Assembly (NCBI GenBank): GCA_019694215.1
Contig: JAIBCK010000002.1
Coordinates: 1 to 64,000, forward strand
Direction of reading: 5' to 3'
Length of the DNA: 64,000 bases
DNA from: Thermoflexales bacterium
GTDB lineage: Bacteria > Chloroflexota > Anaerolineae > J036 > Brachytrichaceae
Position 1 is the first letter of the stretch, and the number at the start of each line of letters is the position of its first letter. Both the position numbers and the translations under genes were made by a program. Shown in pieces: positions 30,448 through 41,664 of the stretch. The notes under the pieces were generated by a model, which was not told the origin of the DNA, ran no database searches, and was given only the letters and a program-made list of their open reading frames with translations.

Positions 30448-31332
30448 TCAAACGTAGGCGGCCAGCCGCGCCAGCTTGGCCGCCATTTCCGTCCACCCCA
30501 GGGGCGACAGCCCGAAGAAGGCCTGCATCTGCTCGTCACTGCGCCCACCCTCACGAAGCATGCGCAGGGCGCATGTCCAACGCATCATCTCGAACGTCAG
30601 CGCGCGGATCCCGGCGGCCGGTGCCACCCGACCGGTGAGCAGATACTCCAGATTGCGGCCGGTGCAGTCGAACAGCGCCTCGCGCGAGCCGTAGCGTGCG
30701 ATGTGCTGGTCGAGCTCCGTCAGACATCCCGCGCTGATCGGCAGCTCGCGCTCCTTGAACTGGAGGTGGGGTTTGTCATAGCGAATGCGGATGCGCGGCG
30801 CCGGCCCGTCACGCAGGATGTCGGCCACGTCCAACGCAAGACACTCCGCCTTCTTGATGCCTGTCTCGATGACGAGTTGGATCGCGGTCAGGGGGCGGAA
30901 TTCGGCCTTCTCCCCGTCAGCCAGCACGCGGGCGGCCGCGAGCACGGCGTCGACCTGTGCGTCTGTCAGGGACTCAGGCAGCGGGTCGACAAAGGGGCGG
31001 TACGCCACGCCCTCGGCCGGGTCCACGGCGAGATAGCCGTTGTCGCGCAGCCAACGAAAGAACACTTTGAGGGAGGTGAGTCGTCGTTCGATCGACTTCG
31101 GGCTGCCGGCGCGGGGCGAACGCTCCTGCTCGGCGAGAAAGCGTTTGATGCGTTCGGCGTTCACCGTGGCCAGGCTGACCCGACCCTCCCGCCCGGTCTG
31201 CAAATCCCGGGCGAAGATGCGGGTGTCACCGATGAACGCCTTGCGGGTGTTCTCGCTGAGCGGACGACGCGCCAGGCTCCGCTCGAAGGCATCGATCGCT
31301 TCGTCGAGGGTGGCTCGGCCCAAACCTGTCAT
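30448..31332 (-). CDS. Tyrosine recombinase (XerD/integrase-like) with divergent catalytic-site residues
   Basis: N-terminal SAM-like core-binding domain and a C-terminal catalytic-domain pattern (KERELPI beta-hairpin, C-terminal AAYV). Start at MTGLGRA. The long ORF-track extension to 31887 is antisense to the neighbouring gene. Confidence 0.6.
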   Translation of the reverse strand: MTGLGRATLDEAIDAFERSLARRPLSENTRKAFIGDTRIFARDLQTGREGRVSLATVNAERIKRFLAEQERSPRAGSPKSIERRLTSLKVFFRWLRDNGYLAVDPAEGVAYRPFVDPLPESLTDAQVDAVLAAARVLADGEKAEFRPLTAIQLVIETGIKKAECLALDVADILRDGPAPRIRIRYDKPHLQFKERELPISAGCLTELDQHIARYGSREALFDCTGRNLEYLLTGRVAPAAGIRALTFEMMRWTCALRMLREGGRSDEQMQAFFGLSPLGWTEMAAKLARLAAYV

Positions 31333-31420
31333 GCGAAGCAGTGTAGCACAAATGTTCGATTCTGTGAATGGTGCGGATTTTGGGCCACCGGCTTCGCTGC
31401 TCGCGTGGTTTAATGACCGG

Positions 31421-32017
31421 ATGCCATCGTTCCCAACACGACGACAGTGGGTGGTTGTCGTCCTGGTCAACATCGTCATCTCCGCAATCACCACGATTCT
31501 GGTGGCGCGGGTGCTGACACGTCCCATGGATGTCGCTCCGCTGCCCATCTCGACGCCGATCGCAGCAGCGACTGCGACGCCGCGTGCCGCCGTCGTCCCC
31601 ACCGCGACACCGGCCGTGGCACCGCCGGTCGCGCCGACGCCGACGCCGCAGACGGCGGGGTCAACGCCGACGCGCCCCGCCCCGACCCCCACCTCACCGC
31701 CTGCGGCGGAGCGGGCCAACGTGCTGATCAGCAACGTGAACTTCCCCGGGCAGCGCCAGCGTGAATCGGTGGTGATTGCCAACGCAGGCGACCTCATCGA
31801 TCTCAGAGGCTGGACGCTGTCTTCACCGCGTGGTGTGGTGTACACCTTCCCGGCCGTGACACTCTTCCGCGACACATTCATCAACATCTACACGACGACG
31901 GGGGCGGATGTGAATTCCGATCTGTTCATGAATCGAACCGAGGCCGCATGGCTGGTTGGCGACGTGGTCACCCTCTCCCGGAATGGGCAGCCGGTTGCGA
32001 CCTACACGGTCAAGTAA
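31421..32017 (+). CDS. Lamin-tail-domain (LTD) protein with N-terminal TM and Pro/Thr/Ala-rich linker
   Basis: TM, about 60 aa of PT-rich linker, then an LTD-like domain (VLISNVNFPG ... IDLRGWTL). Confidence 0.7.
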   Translation: MPSFPTRRQWVVVVLVNIVISAITTILVARVLTRPMDVAPLPISTPIAAATATPRAAVVPTATPAVAPPVAPTPTPQTAGSTPTRPAPTPTSPPAAERANVLISNVNFPGQRQRESVVIANAGDLIDLRGWTLSSPRGVVYTFPAVTLFRDTFINIYTTTGADVNSDLFMNRTEAAWLVGDVVTLSRNGQPVATYTVK

Positions 32018-32020
32018 GCG

Positions 32021-33397
32021 ATGCTGACAAGCGCCGACTTCCGACGCCTGAGCGCGGCAGGTCCGGGCACGCGCATCGATGTGCTCAGCCCCGGGGCCGC
32101 GAGCGCGGAGCGACTGGCCCGCAGCCTCGTGGCCATGGCCAATGCGCAGGGTGGCGTCGTGCTCGTGCCCCTGCGCAGTGGCAAGGCGCGCGTTGATGCC
32201 GATGAGATTCGCGCGCAGGCCATGGAGGCTTTGCTGCTTGCCCAGCCCCGGCTGATCGTCCCACTTCCCTATCTCATCCGCGCCGGCGCGGAGGCGGAAC
32301 CCGATGCGGTGGCAGTTGAAGTGCCGGAGGGCCTGCCCAACGTCTACAACCTGGACGGACGGTATCTTGCGCGCGACGGCTCGCGAAATCTCGCCCTGAA
32401 CGCGCGGGCACTGCGCGAGCTGCTTCTGGTGCGCGGAGAGGGCTCCGGCGAAACGACTGTGCCGACGGGGAGCAGCAAGGATGACCTGGACTGGGCGCGC
32501 GTGGAGACCTACGCAAGCGGTGCCGGAATGCCTGACGCCAGCGTCGAGGAGCTCCTGCTGCGGCGCGGCTGTGTCGTGCGCCAGGGACGCAAGCTGCGTC
32601 CAACGGTCGCCGGCCTACTCCTTTTTGGCCGACAACCGCAGCGCTGGGTGCGCGGTGCCGAGGTGCTCGCAGCGCGCTTCTCGGGCACGCAGATGGACGA
32701 TGCCTTCACCCGGCAGACGATCTCGGGCACCCTCCCCGATCAGATCCGCAAGGCAGAGTTCTTTGTGGCCGAGAACACCGCGTTGCGCTCGCGGATCAAG
32801 GCGTGGCAACGCAGTGATGAGGGCGCGTACCCGGCGGGTGTCCTGCGTGAGGCGGTCGTGAACGCCATTGCGCATCGCGACTATCGCCTGACCGGCGCGC
32901 AGGTCCACGTCCTGGTCTTTGCCGATCGCGTCGAGGTGAAGAGCCCGGGCAGACTGCCCGGGCATGTCACGCTGAAGAATCTCATCCGCGAGCGCTATTC
33001 GCGGAACGAGGCCATTGTGCAGGTACTCGCCGACATGGGTTTCATCGAGCGCCTGGGCTATGGCATCGACCGCATGGTGCGCGCGATGAAGGAGCGCAAT
33101 CAGGCTGCGCCAACCTTCAGTGAGGGCGAGGCCACATTCGAAGTCACGCTGTTTGCGCGCGTGCCCGATGGTGCCGCGGTTGCCGCACAGGCCGCTCCGC
33201 AGAGCGCGCGCATCGAGAAGCTGCTCGGCTTTGTTCGCAAGTCCGGTCGCATTACGAATCGCGAGTATCAGGAGCTCTGCCCGGATGTCAGCGCCGAGTC
33301 GCTGCGACGCGACTTCGTCGAGCTGGTCGAGCGCGGCGTGCTGATGCGCGTGGGCGACAAGCGCGGGACGTACTACATCCTCAAGCAGGGGTTGTAG
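32021..33397 (+). CDS. AlbA_2 (Schlafen-like) + HATPase_c_4 + wHTH protein (RecG-C-terminal-like putative regulator)
   Basis: Domain pattern typical of the 'putative transcriptional regulator / ATP-dependent DNA helicase RecG-related' family, with a C-terminal wHTH (GRITNREYQELCPDVS). Confidence 0.65.
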   Translation: MLTSADFRRLSAAGPGTRIDVLSPGAASAERLARSLVAMANAQGGVVLVPLRSGKARVDADEIRAQAMEALLLAQPRLIVPLPYLIRAGAEAEPDAVAVEVPEGLPNVYNLDGRYLARDGSRNLALNARALRELLLVRGEGSGETTVPTGSSKDDLDWARVETYASGAGMPDASVEELLLRRGCVVRQGRKLRPTVAGLLLFGRQPQRWVRGAEVLAARFSGTQMDDAFTRQTISGTLPDQIRKAEFFVAENTALRSRIKAWQRSDEGAYPAGVLREAVVNAIAHRDYRLTGAQVHVLVFADRVEVKSPGRLPGHVTLKNLIRERYSRNEAIVQVLADMGFIERLGYGIDRMVRAMKERNQAAPTFSEGEATFEVTLFARVPDGAAVAAQAAPQSARIEKLLGFVRKSGRITNREYQELCPDVSAESLRRDFVELVERGVLMRVGDKRGTYYILKQGL

Positions 33398-33413
33398 ATA
33401 GAATTCCCACGGC

Positions 33414-36014
33414 ATGGCCCCTGCCCCTCTCGCTGACGCGACCCCCATCCGCCGCCAGTATCTGGAACTCAAGGCGAAGCACCCGGACTGCATCCTGTTC
33501 TTCCGGCTTGGTGACTTCTATGAAACGTTTGACGCCGACGCCGAGCTCATCGCGCGAGAGCTGGGGGTGACCTTGACCTCTCGGCCGGTGGGCAAGGACG
33601 TCCGCGTTCCGCTCGCCGGGGTGCCGCATCATGCCGTCGAGGGCTATCTCGCCAGGCTGATCGAGCGGGGCTATCGCGTGGCGATGGCTGATCAGATCGG
33701 CGATGAGGCGGTCAACGGGCTCGTGCCGCGGGAGATCCGCCGCGTGGTGACGCCCGGTACCGTTGTCGAGCCTCGCATGCTCGAAGCCGGGCAGGCGAAC
33801 TATCTCGCCGCGCTGGTCGGTGCGGGATCGGGCGGTCCGATGGGCCTGGCGTATTGCGACATCACCACGGGTGAGTTCATGGCCACGCAGCTCGACAGCG
33901 AGATTGAGGTCGAGCGCGAGTTGGCCCGGGTGAGACCGCGTGAGCTGCTGGTGCCTGAAGAAAGCGCGTTTGGCGCCGCGGAAGCCGCAACGCGCGTCGG
34001 ACCGCGGCCCAACGCCACCCCCTACCCCGCCTATCGTTTTGAGATCGGCAATGCGCGCCAGGCTGTGCTCGGCCACTACAAGGTCGGCAGCCTGCATGGC
34101 TTCGGTTTGGACGAGCAGCCGCAGGCCTTGCGCGCGGTGGGCGGGATCCTGGCCTACCTCCGCGAGATGCAGCCCGCCGCGCTGCGCCAGCTCGGGGAGT
34201 TGCGCAGCTACAGCACCGCGCGGTTCATGGCCCTCGATGCGGTCACGCGCCGCAACCTCGAGGTGAGTGAGAGCCTGCGTGGCCGGGGCAAACAGGGCTC
34301 CCTGCTGGGGGTGCTTGACCGCACCGAGACGCCGATGGGGGCCCGTCTGCTACGCGCATGGCTCGCACAACCCTTGCTTGACCGGGCAGAAATCGAACAA
34401 CGCCTGACGCGTGTCGATGCGTTTTATGGCGATGCGCTCTTGCGCGAGAAGAGCCGTGACGGCCTGCGGGGCTTGCCGGATCTCGAGCGCCTGGCGACGC
34501 GAATCGTCGGCGATCTGGCTACGCCCAAGGAGCTGCTCAATCTGCGGGATGGGTTGCGGCGCTATGCCGAACTGCCCGCCGCGGCGCTCGCCTGTGTGGC
34601 CGACGAGAGCGCGGGCGATGGGCTGGCGGGGCGTCTCGAAGCGACAGTGGGATTGATCACCGCTGCGATCCGAGCGACGGATGCCGAGGGCGAGAGCGAG
34701 GTCGAGGGCTTCATCCGCCCGGGATATTCGGCCGAGCTGGACGGCATCGCCCAGGATGCGCGCGTGGCCAAGGCCTGGGTGGCCAACCTTGAACGCGTAG
34801 AGCGCGAGCGCACGGGGATCAAATCGCTCAAGGTGGGCTACAACAAGGTCTTTGGCTACTACCTCGAGATCACGCACGCGAATCGCGACGCCGCCCCTGC
34901 CGACTACATCCGCAAACAGACGCTGACCAATGCCGAACGCTATATCACACCGCAGCTCAAGGAGTACGAGACGCTAATCCTGAACGCGGATGGTCGGATC
35001 GCGGAGTTGGAGCGTGGGTTGCTTGTCGATTTGCGGCAAAAACTTTCTGCCTATGCGAAAGACATCATGCTGGCAGCGGGGCTGGCTGCGCGGGTGGATG
35101 TGGCCATGGCGCTCGCCGATGTGGCGGCCCGCAACGGATACACGCGCCCGACCCTGACTGACGAGGATGTCATCGAGATCGTCGATGGTCGACACCCGGT
35201 GATCGAACAGCTACTGGCCGAGATCCCCTTCACGCCCAACGATTGCCGCATGGATGCGGACGCACGGATTCTCGTCATCACCGGGCCGAACATGAGCGGG
35301 AAATCATCGTATATGCGGCAAATCGCGCTGATCTGCCTGCTCGCCCAGATCGGCGCCTACGTCCCTGCCCGCGCGGCCCGACTGCGCGTCGTTGACCGCA
35401 TCTTCACCCGGATCGGCGCCCAGGATGAGCTGACGGCAGGCCAGAGCACCTTCATGGTGGAGATGGTGGAAACGGCCGCCATCCTGCGACACTGCACGCC
35501 GCGAAGCCTGGTGGTGCTGGATGAAATCGGCCGCGGCACGAGCACCTACGACGGCCTCGCCATCGCGTGGAGTGTGATCGAGTTCCTGCACAACCATCCT
35601 GATCGACGCGCCTTCACGCTCTTTGCCACGCACTATCACGAACTCATCAAGCTGGCCGATCGGCTCCCGCATGTGCGCAACCTGAACGTCGCCGTCAGCG
35701 ATGAGGCCGGCGAGGTCGTCTTCCTGCACAAGGTGGTTGATGGTGGAGCCGACCGCTCGTACGGCATCCACGTCGCGCAGCTGGCCGGCATCCCAAGCGG
35801 CGTTCTGCACCGCGCGCAGGACATCCTGCGCGATCTCGAGGAGGGCAAGGGCCGCGGACGTGCGCTCGACGCAACGCGCCGAGCAGCGTCTCAGACCCCC
35901 TCGCTGTTCGCGCCAGACTCCCCCGCCCTCGCCCGGCTGCGCGAGCTCGACCCCAATGCCCTCAGCCCGATCGAAGCGCTAACGGCCCTGTTTGAACTGA
36001 AGAAGTTGATCTAG
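33414..36014 (+). CDS. mutS: DNA mismatch repair protein MutS
   Basis: N-terminal mismatch-binding motif (TPIRRQYLELKAKHPDCILFFRLGDFYETF) and Walker A GPNMSGKSS. 866 aa. Confidence 0.92.
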   Translation: MAPAPLADATPIRRQYLELKAKHPDCILFFRLGDFYETFDADAELIARELGVTLTSRPVGKDVRVPLAGVPHHAVEGYLARLIERGYRVAMADQIGDEAVNGLVPREIRRVVTPGTVVEPRMLEAGQANYLAALVGAGSGGPMGLAYCDITTGEFMATQLDSEIEVERELARVRPRELLVPEESAFGAAEAATRVGPRPNATPYPAYRFEIGNARQAVLGHYKVGSLHGFGLDEQPQALRAVGGILAYLREMQPAALRQLGELRSYSTARFMALDAVTRRNLEVSESLRGRGKQGSLLGVLDRTETPMGARLLRAWLAQPLLDRAEIEQRLTRVDAFYGDALLREKSRDGLRGLPDLERLATRIVGDLATPKELLNLRDGLRRYAELPAAALACVADESAGDGLAGRLEATVGLITAAIRATDAEGESEVEGFIRPGYSAELDGIAQDARVAKAWVANLERVERERTGIKSLKVGYNKVFGYYLEITHANRDAAPADYIRKQTLTNAERYITPQLKEYETLILNADGRIAELERGLLVDLRQKLSAYAKDIMLAAGLAARVDVAMALADVAARNGYTRPTLTDEDVIEIVDGRHPVIEQLLAEIPFTPNDCRMDADARILVITGPNMSGKSSYMRQIALICLLAQIGAYVPARAARLRVVDRIFTRIGAQDELTAGQSTFMVEMVETAAILRHCTPRSLVVLDEIGRGTSTYDGLAIAWSVIEFLHNHPDRRAFTLFATHYHELIKLADRLPHVRNLNVAVSDEAGEVVFLHKVVDGGADRSYGIHVAQLAGIPSGVLHRAQDILRDLEEGKGRGRALDATRRAASQTPSLFAPDSPALARLRELDPNALSPIEALTALFELKKLI

Positions 36015-36023
36015 GAGGTCACC

Positions 36024-36410
36024 ATGTCCTTGAGCCCCGAAATCGAACGCCGGCTCGATGTCGAACGTAACCTGTGGTTGGCAACTGCGCGCGCCGATGG
36101 CACACCGCACCTCATCCCGGTCTGGTTCATCTGGCGCGACGGCGTCGCCTGGATCTGCACCGGACCGGAGAGCGTCAAAGCGCGCAACCTGCGAACCCAA
36201 CCCAAAGTCATGTTTGCCCTCGAGGATGGAGACAAGCCCGCGCTGGCTGCGGCGGTCGCAACGCGCACGACGCAGCCCTTCCCGGCCGAGATCGTCGCAG
36301 CCTTCAAGCAGAAGTACAACTGGGACATTCTCACGGACGCCGACTACGGCGACTTGTATGCGCTTCAGGTCACCCGCTGGCTGAGCTGGAAGCCAAGCGG
36401 CTCGGCGTAG
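36024..36410 (+). CDS. Pyridoxamine 5'-phosphate oxidase-like FMN/F420-binding family protein
   Basis: About 128 aa with a PPOX-like split-barrel pattern (LATARADGTPHLIPVWF). Confidence 0.55.
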   Translation: MSLSPEIERRLDVERNLWLATARADGTPHLIPVWFIWRDGVAWICTGPESVKARNLRTQPKVMFALEDGDKPALAAAVATRTTQPFPAEIVAAFKQKYNWDILTDADYGDLYALQVTRWLSWKPSGSA

Positions 36411-36412
36411 CC

Positions 36413-37678
36413 ATGCGCGCCTCCCTCGCCTACGGTCGGGGCAGCCTCGACGTCGATCTGCCTGAGGATGCCCGAATACTCACGGGCAAGCAAGCGCGCG
36501 GGCTCGCCCACCCTGCCCGCGCCATCGCCGACGCCCTCGCGGCCCCGCTGGCGGGTCCGCCGTTGGCCGAGCGGGTGCGCCCCGGCGACACCGTCGCCAT
36601 CGTTCACACGGATATCACCCGGGCAACACCCAACGCACTGATCCTACCCATTCTTCTGTCGGCCCTTGAAGCGGCCGGCGTGCGGCCCCGGGACATCACC
36701 CTGATCAACGCGCTGGGCACGCACCGCCGTCAAACCGACGCTGAACTGCGTACGCTGCTCGGGGATGCCGTTGTCGCGGGCTATCGCTGCATCCAGCATG
36801 ACGCCTGGGATGATGCCAACCTGGTTGACTTCGGTACGACCGGACGGGGAAACCCGGTGCGCATCAATCGTGCCTATGCGAAATCCGATGTCCGCATCCT
36901 GACGGGCTTCATCGAGCCACACTTCTTCGCCGGGTTCAGCGGCGGGCCGAAGGGCGTGCTGCCCTCCATCGCCGCCTTCGAATCTGTGCTGTCGAATCAC
37001 GGCTTTGACCTCATCGCCCATCCCGGCTCGACCTGGGGCGTGACCGAGGGCAACCCGATCTGGGAGGAAATGCGCGAGATGGCGCTGCGCACAGCGCCCA
37101 CGTTCCTGCTGAACGTCACGATGAACGACGCGCGGGAGCTGACCGGCGTCTTCGCCGGCGACCTGCTCCCCGCGCACGCCGCAGGCTGCCGCTTCGTCGC
37201 GGAGCATGCGCTGGTGCCTGTTGCTGATCCGTTTGACATCGTCATCACGACCAACAGCGGTTACCCGCTCGATCAAAATCTGTATCAGACCGTCAAGGGG
37301 ATGAGCGCCGCCGCGCGTGTGGTGCGCAAGGGCGGCGCGATCATCCTGGCCGCCGGTTGCGAAGATGGCCTGCCCAACCATGGCCAATATGCCAGCCTGC
37401 TGCGGCAGGGCGAGACGCCGCGCGGCGTGCTGGACATGCTCGCGCAGCCCGGCTTCCACGCGCACGACCAGTGGCAGGCGCAGACGCAGGCTCAGATCCA
37501 GTTGCGCGCCGATGTCTACGTTCATACCGACGGCCTGAGCGACGCCGACGTGCGCGCCGCCCTGCTCACGCCAGCGCGATTGCCGCAGGCGTTGCCCGGG
37601 CTGATCGCGCGCTACGGCCCGCGCGTGTGTGCGCTGCCCAATGGCCCGCTGGTGATCCCGACCCTCATGCCAGCCTAG
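36413..37678 (+). CDS. larA: LarA-family (nickel-pincer nucleotide-dependent) 2-hydroxyacid racemase/epimerase homolog
   Basis: Strong LarA motifs: HTDITRATP, FIEPHFFAGFSGGPKG (Lys for cofactor attachment), TTNSGYPLDQNLYQTVKGM. Confidence 0.8.
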   Translation: MRASLAYGRGSLDVDLPEDARILTGKQARGLAHPARAIADALAAPLAGPPLAERVRPGDTVAIVHTDITRATPNALILPILLSALEAAGVRPRDITLINALGTHRRQTDAELRTLLGDAVVAGYRCIQHDAWDDANLVDFGTTGRGNPVRINRAYAKSDVRILTGFIEPHFFAGFSGGPKGVLPSIAAFESVLSNHGFDLIAHPGSTWGVTEGNPIWEEMREMALRTAPTFLLNVTMNDARELTGVFAGDLLPAHAAGCRFVAEHALVPVADPFDIVITTNSGYPLDQNLYQTVKGMSAAARVVRKGGAIILAAGCEDGLPNHGQYASLLRQGETPRGVLDMLAQPGFHAHDQWQAQTQAQIQLRADVYVHTDGLSDADVRAALLTPARLPQALPGLIARYGPRVCALPNGPLVIPTLMPA

Positions 37679-37702
37679 CCGCTGAACGGCGGCCAGCAAC
37701 AG

Positions 37703-39109
37703 CTACTTCAGCGCCATCGGCGGGCGCGGCCAGGGGCGCGCTTCCTCAAAGGCCGCCGCTGCCCGCAGAACACGCGCATCCGCCCAACGGGGGCCAATCA
37801 CCTGCAACCCAACCGGCATGCCATCGGCGGCGACGCCACACGGCACGGTCGCCGCCGGGTGGCCGGTCATGTTGAAGGGGAAGGTGAACGGCGTGTAGCG
37901 AAACTCCGCGGTCGGCTTGCCCGCAATTTCGAGCGGGATGGGCGCATCGGCCCGCCAGGCAGTCGTCGGCATGGTGGGCGTCAGCAGCAGGTCGTAGCGG
38001 TCGAAGAAGCGCTGGACGGTGTCGTAAAGGCGCGACCGCTCGATGTGCGCGGCCGCGAGATCACGCGCCGGCGCATCCTGGTAGGTGTCCAGCATCCCTA
38101 CCAGCCCGGGGTCCATCTCGCCCGCCCGGTGCGGAAGATACGCCGCCAGCGAAGCGCGCAACCCGCACGCCCACAGCAGCTTGAAGGCCGAAGCCGGGTT
38201 TGCGAAGCCGGGATCGGCCTCAACGACCTCGGCACCGAGCTCGTCTGCGAAAACGCGGGCAGCGCGCTCGCACAGCGCACGAATCTCATCTGTGACGGGT
38301 GCATAGCCGAGCGTCGGCGACCAGGCGATGCGCAAGCCGCGCACCCCACCGGCGCAGGCCTCCAGATACGAAATACCCTCGGATGGCAGGCAGGTCGCGT
38401 CGCGCGGGTCAGGGCCGGCCATCCCATCCAGGAGCAGGGCCGCATCGCGGACGCTGAACGCCAGCGGCCCGATGTGGGAGAGCATCCCGACCGCGCTGGG
38501 CGGATAAACGGCCACACGCCCGACCGAAGGCTTCAAACCGAAAATGCCACAGAACGAGGCCGGGATGCGCACCGAGCCACCTCCATCGGTGCCAACGCCC
38601 AACGGTCCGCAGCCAACCGCCACGGCTGCGGCCGCGCCGCCAGACGACCCGCCCGGCGTGCACGCGAGGTTCCACGGGTTGCGCGTCACGCCGGTGAGCG
38701 GGCTGTCGGTCGCGCCCTTCCAGCCAAGCTCGGGTGTCGTCGTCTTGCCGAAGAGAATCGCGCCCGCTTCGAGGAGACGATCCACGGTTGGCGCGTTCTC
38801 TGATGGGATGAAGTCGGCATACAGCCGGGAGCCGCGCATGGTGCGCACCCCGCGTGTGAGCAGGAGGTCCTTGATCGTGACCGGCACGCCGTGCAGCGGC
38901 CCGAGCGCTTCCCCGCGCATCACGGCGGACTCGGCTGTGCGGGCGGCCAAACGGGCGTCCTCCACCATCATCGTGCAGAATGCATTGAGGCTGGGTTCGT
39001 GGCGCGCCACGCTGTCGAGCACGGCGTCGAGGACTTCGACGGGCGATACCGCACGGGCGCGGATCATGCGGGCGAGCGTGACGGCTGGCAGGAGGGCAAG
39101 TTCTTGCAT
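37703..39109 (-). CDS. Amidase-signature family amidase
   Basis: Amidase signature GGSSGGAAAAVAVG and a Ser-cisSer-Lys triad context. 468 aa. Confidence 0.85.
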   Translation of the reverse strand: MQELALLPAVTLARMIRARAVSPVEVLDAVLDSVARHEPSLNAFCTMMVEDARLAARTAESAVMRGEALGPLHGVPVTIKDLLLTRGVRTMRGSRLYADFIPSENAPTVDRLLEAGAILFGKTTTPELGWKGATDSPLTGVTRNPWNLACTPGGSSGGAAAAVAVGCGPLGVGTDGGGSVRIPASFCGIFGLKPSVGRVAVYPPSAVGMLSHIGPLAFSVRDAALLLDGMAGPDPRDATCLPSEGISYLEACAGGVRGLRIAWSPTLGYAPVTDEIRALCERAARVFADELGAEVVEADPGFANPASAFKLLWACGLRASLAAYLPHRAGEMDPGLVGMLDTYQDAPARDLAAAHIERSRLYDTVQRFFDRYDLLLTPTMPTTAWRADAPIPLEIAGKPTAEFRYTPFTFPFNMTGHPAATVPCGVAADGMPVGLQVIGPRWADARVLRAAAAFEEARPWPRPPMALK

Positions 39110-39150
39110 TCCCCTATGCTACCGGCTGGAGGTGGATACAATCCGCCGCC

Positions 39151-40392
<1,242 letters not shown>

Positions 40393-40425
40393 TGACGCCC
40401 GGGTAGCCTGCGCCCGTCGTCGCGC

Positions 40426-41664
40426 TCAGGCCAGCTTGCCGTGCGCGAGGATGGCATTGGCGGCGCGCCAGCCCGTCTCGATGGCACCGTGCACGGTGCC
40501 GACATGGCCGTTCGTGCTGCACGCTTCGCCCGCAAAATAAAGCGGCGGAAGCGCTTCTGCCAGCGCCTCACGGGCACCTGCCCCACCCACGGGCGTGTAG
40601 CTGTAGCCACCCAGGATGTACGGCTCGGCCGTCCAGTCGGTGACCACGCCCTCGATAAAGGCACCGCGCGCGTGGTTGCCGAACCAGCCGCACACATCAT
40701 CGAGCGCATCCTCGATCACCCGCGATTCGCCCAACGCACGTACTCGCAGCGTCTCCGGTCCACCCATCAGGCCAACGAGCGCCGTGCTCTCCGCGGCCCG
40801 CCACCACCCCGGCACGCGGGAGTCCGCGCCAAGGTAGCTGAAGCTGGGCCATACCGGCTCGCGAAACCACAGCGCGACCTTGGCAGCCTGGCCCATCCGC
40901 AGCCGTGAGATGCCATCGAGCTTGCGCGCGGGAAGGACGGGGTCAAAGGCAATCAGCCCACGTTGCAGGATGGAGAGGGGCACGCTCAAGACCACCTCGC
41001 CCGCGCGCCAGGTGCGTCCATCGACTGCGGTGACCGTCGCGCCACCGGACGTCCAACGCACATGTGCGACCGGCGTGTTGAGCGCGATCTTCAGGCCGCG
41101 TGCGAGCACGTCGATCACCTGGCTGTAGCCGCCAGGAAAGCGGGCGTTGTCCCAGCCCGCGGTGTTCAGCGCCCGCTCGCGGGCGAGCTCGCGCGCGCTC
41201 AAGTCATCGGGATCCGCCGCCTCGATGCGCGCGAGGCGCTGTAGGGCGAAGTCGACGGCTGGCCCACCCTCGGGATGAAGACGATGAAAAGCCGCGCGCA
41301 GGCTGACGTCGGGGCCCGCGTAGCGCTCCATCTCATCGACAATCTCCTCGATGCGCGGGGCTGCGGGCCAGTCGACGGCTTCCAGTCGCCTGCCACGCGC
41401 GAAGCGCCGCGGCCTCTCCGCTGTGACCTCGAAGGGAAGCGTCTTCAGCCCCGCACTGCGGATGATCTGCCATGTCGTCGCATTGTTGCCGTGGACGTAC
41501 TCGGCTCCGAGCTCGACCGCGCCGCGGCGAAAGTCCGTGCGAACTCGGCCGCCAATACGGCCGGAGGCCTCGAGCACGACGACGTCGTGACCCGAGGCCT
41601 CCAGTCGCTGCGCCGCGGCGAGACCTGCCGCACCCGCGCCGATGACAACTACGCCGGCGTCCAT
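40426..41664 (-). CDS. FAD-dependent amine oxidase (flavin monoamine oxidase family)
   Basis: N-terminal GAGAAGLAAA dinucleotide-binding motif (VVIGAGAAGLAAAQRL) and a C-terminal amine oxidase pattern. Confidence 0.75.
   Translation of the reverse strand: MDAGVVVIGAGAAGLAAAQRLEASGHDVVVLEASGRIGGRVRTDFRRGAVELGAEYVHGNNATTWQIIRSAGLKTLPFEVTAERPRRFARGRRLEAVDWPAAPRIEEIVDEMERYAGPDVSLRAAFHRLHPEGGPAVDFALQRLARIEAADPDDLSARELARERALNTAGWDNARFPGGYSQVIDVLARGLKIALNTPVAHVRWTSGGATVTAVDGRTWRAGEVVLSVPLSILQRGLIAFDPVLPARKLDGISRLRMGQAAKVALWFREPVWPSFSYLGADSRVPGWWRAAESTALVGLMGGPETLRVRALGESRVIEDALDDVCGWFGNHARGAFIEGVVTDWTAEPYILGGYSYTPVGGAGAREALAEALPPLYFAGEACSTNGHVGTVHGAIETGWRAANAILAHGKLA

Noticed and set aside
31333-31887. 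N-terminal 185-aa extension of the recombinase ORF (ORF track 30448-31887)
   Set aside because: The extension is Gly/Val/Ala-rich and antisense to the LTD gene's PT-linker. The recombinase core-binding domain begins at MTGLGRA (31332).
30448-33397. Integrated prophage or integrative element around the tyrosine recombinase
   Set aside because: No flanking direct repeats, tRNA or rRNA, phage structural or replication genes, or GC shift are visible. The neighbours are chromosomal-type genes (mutS, VIT transporter).
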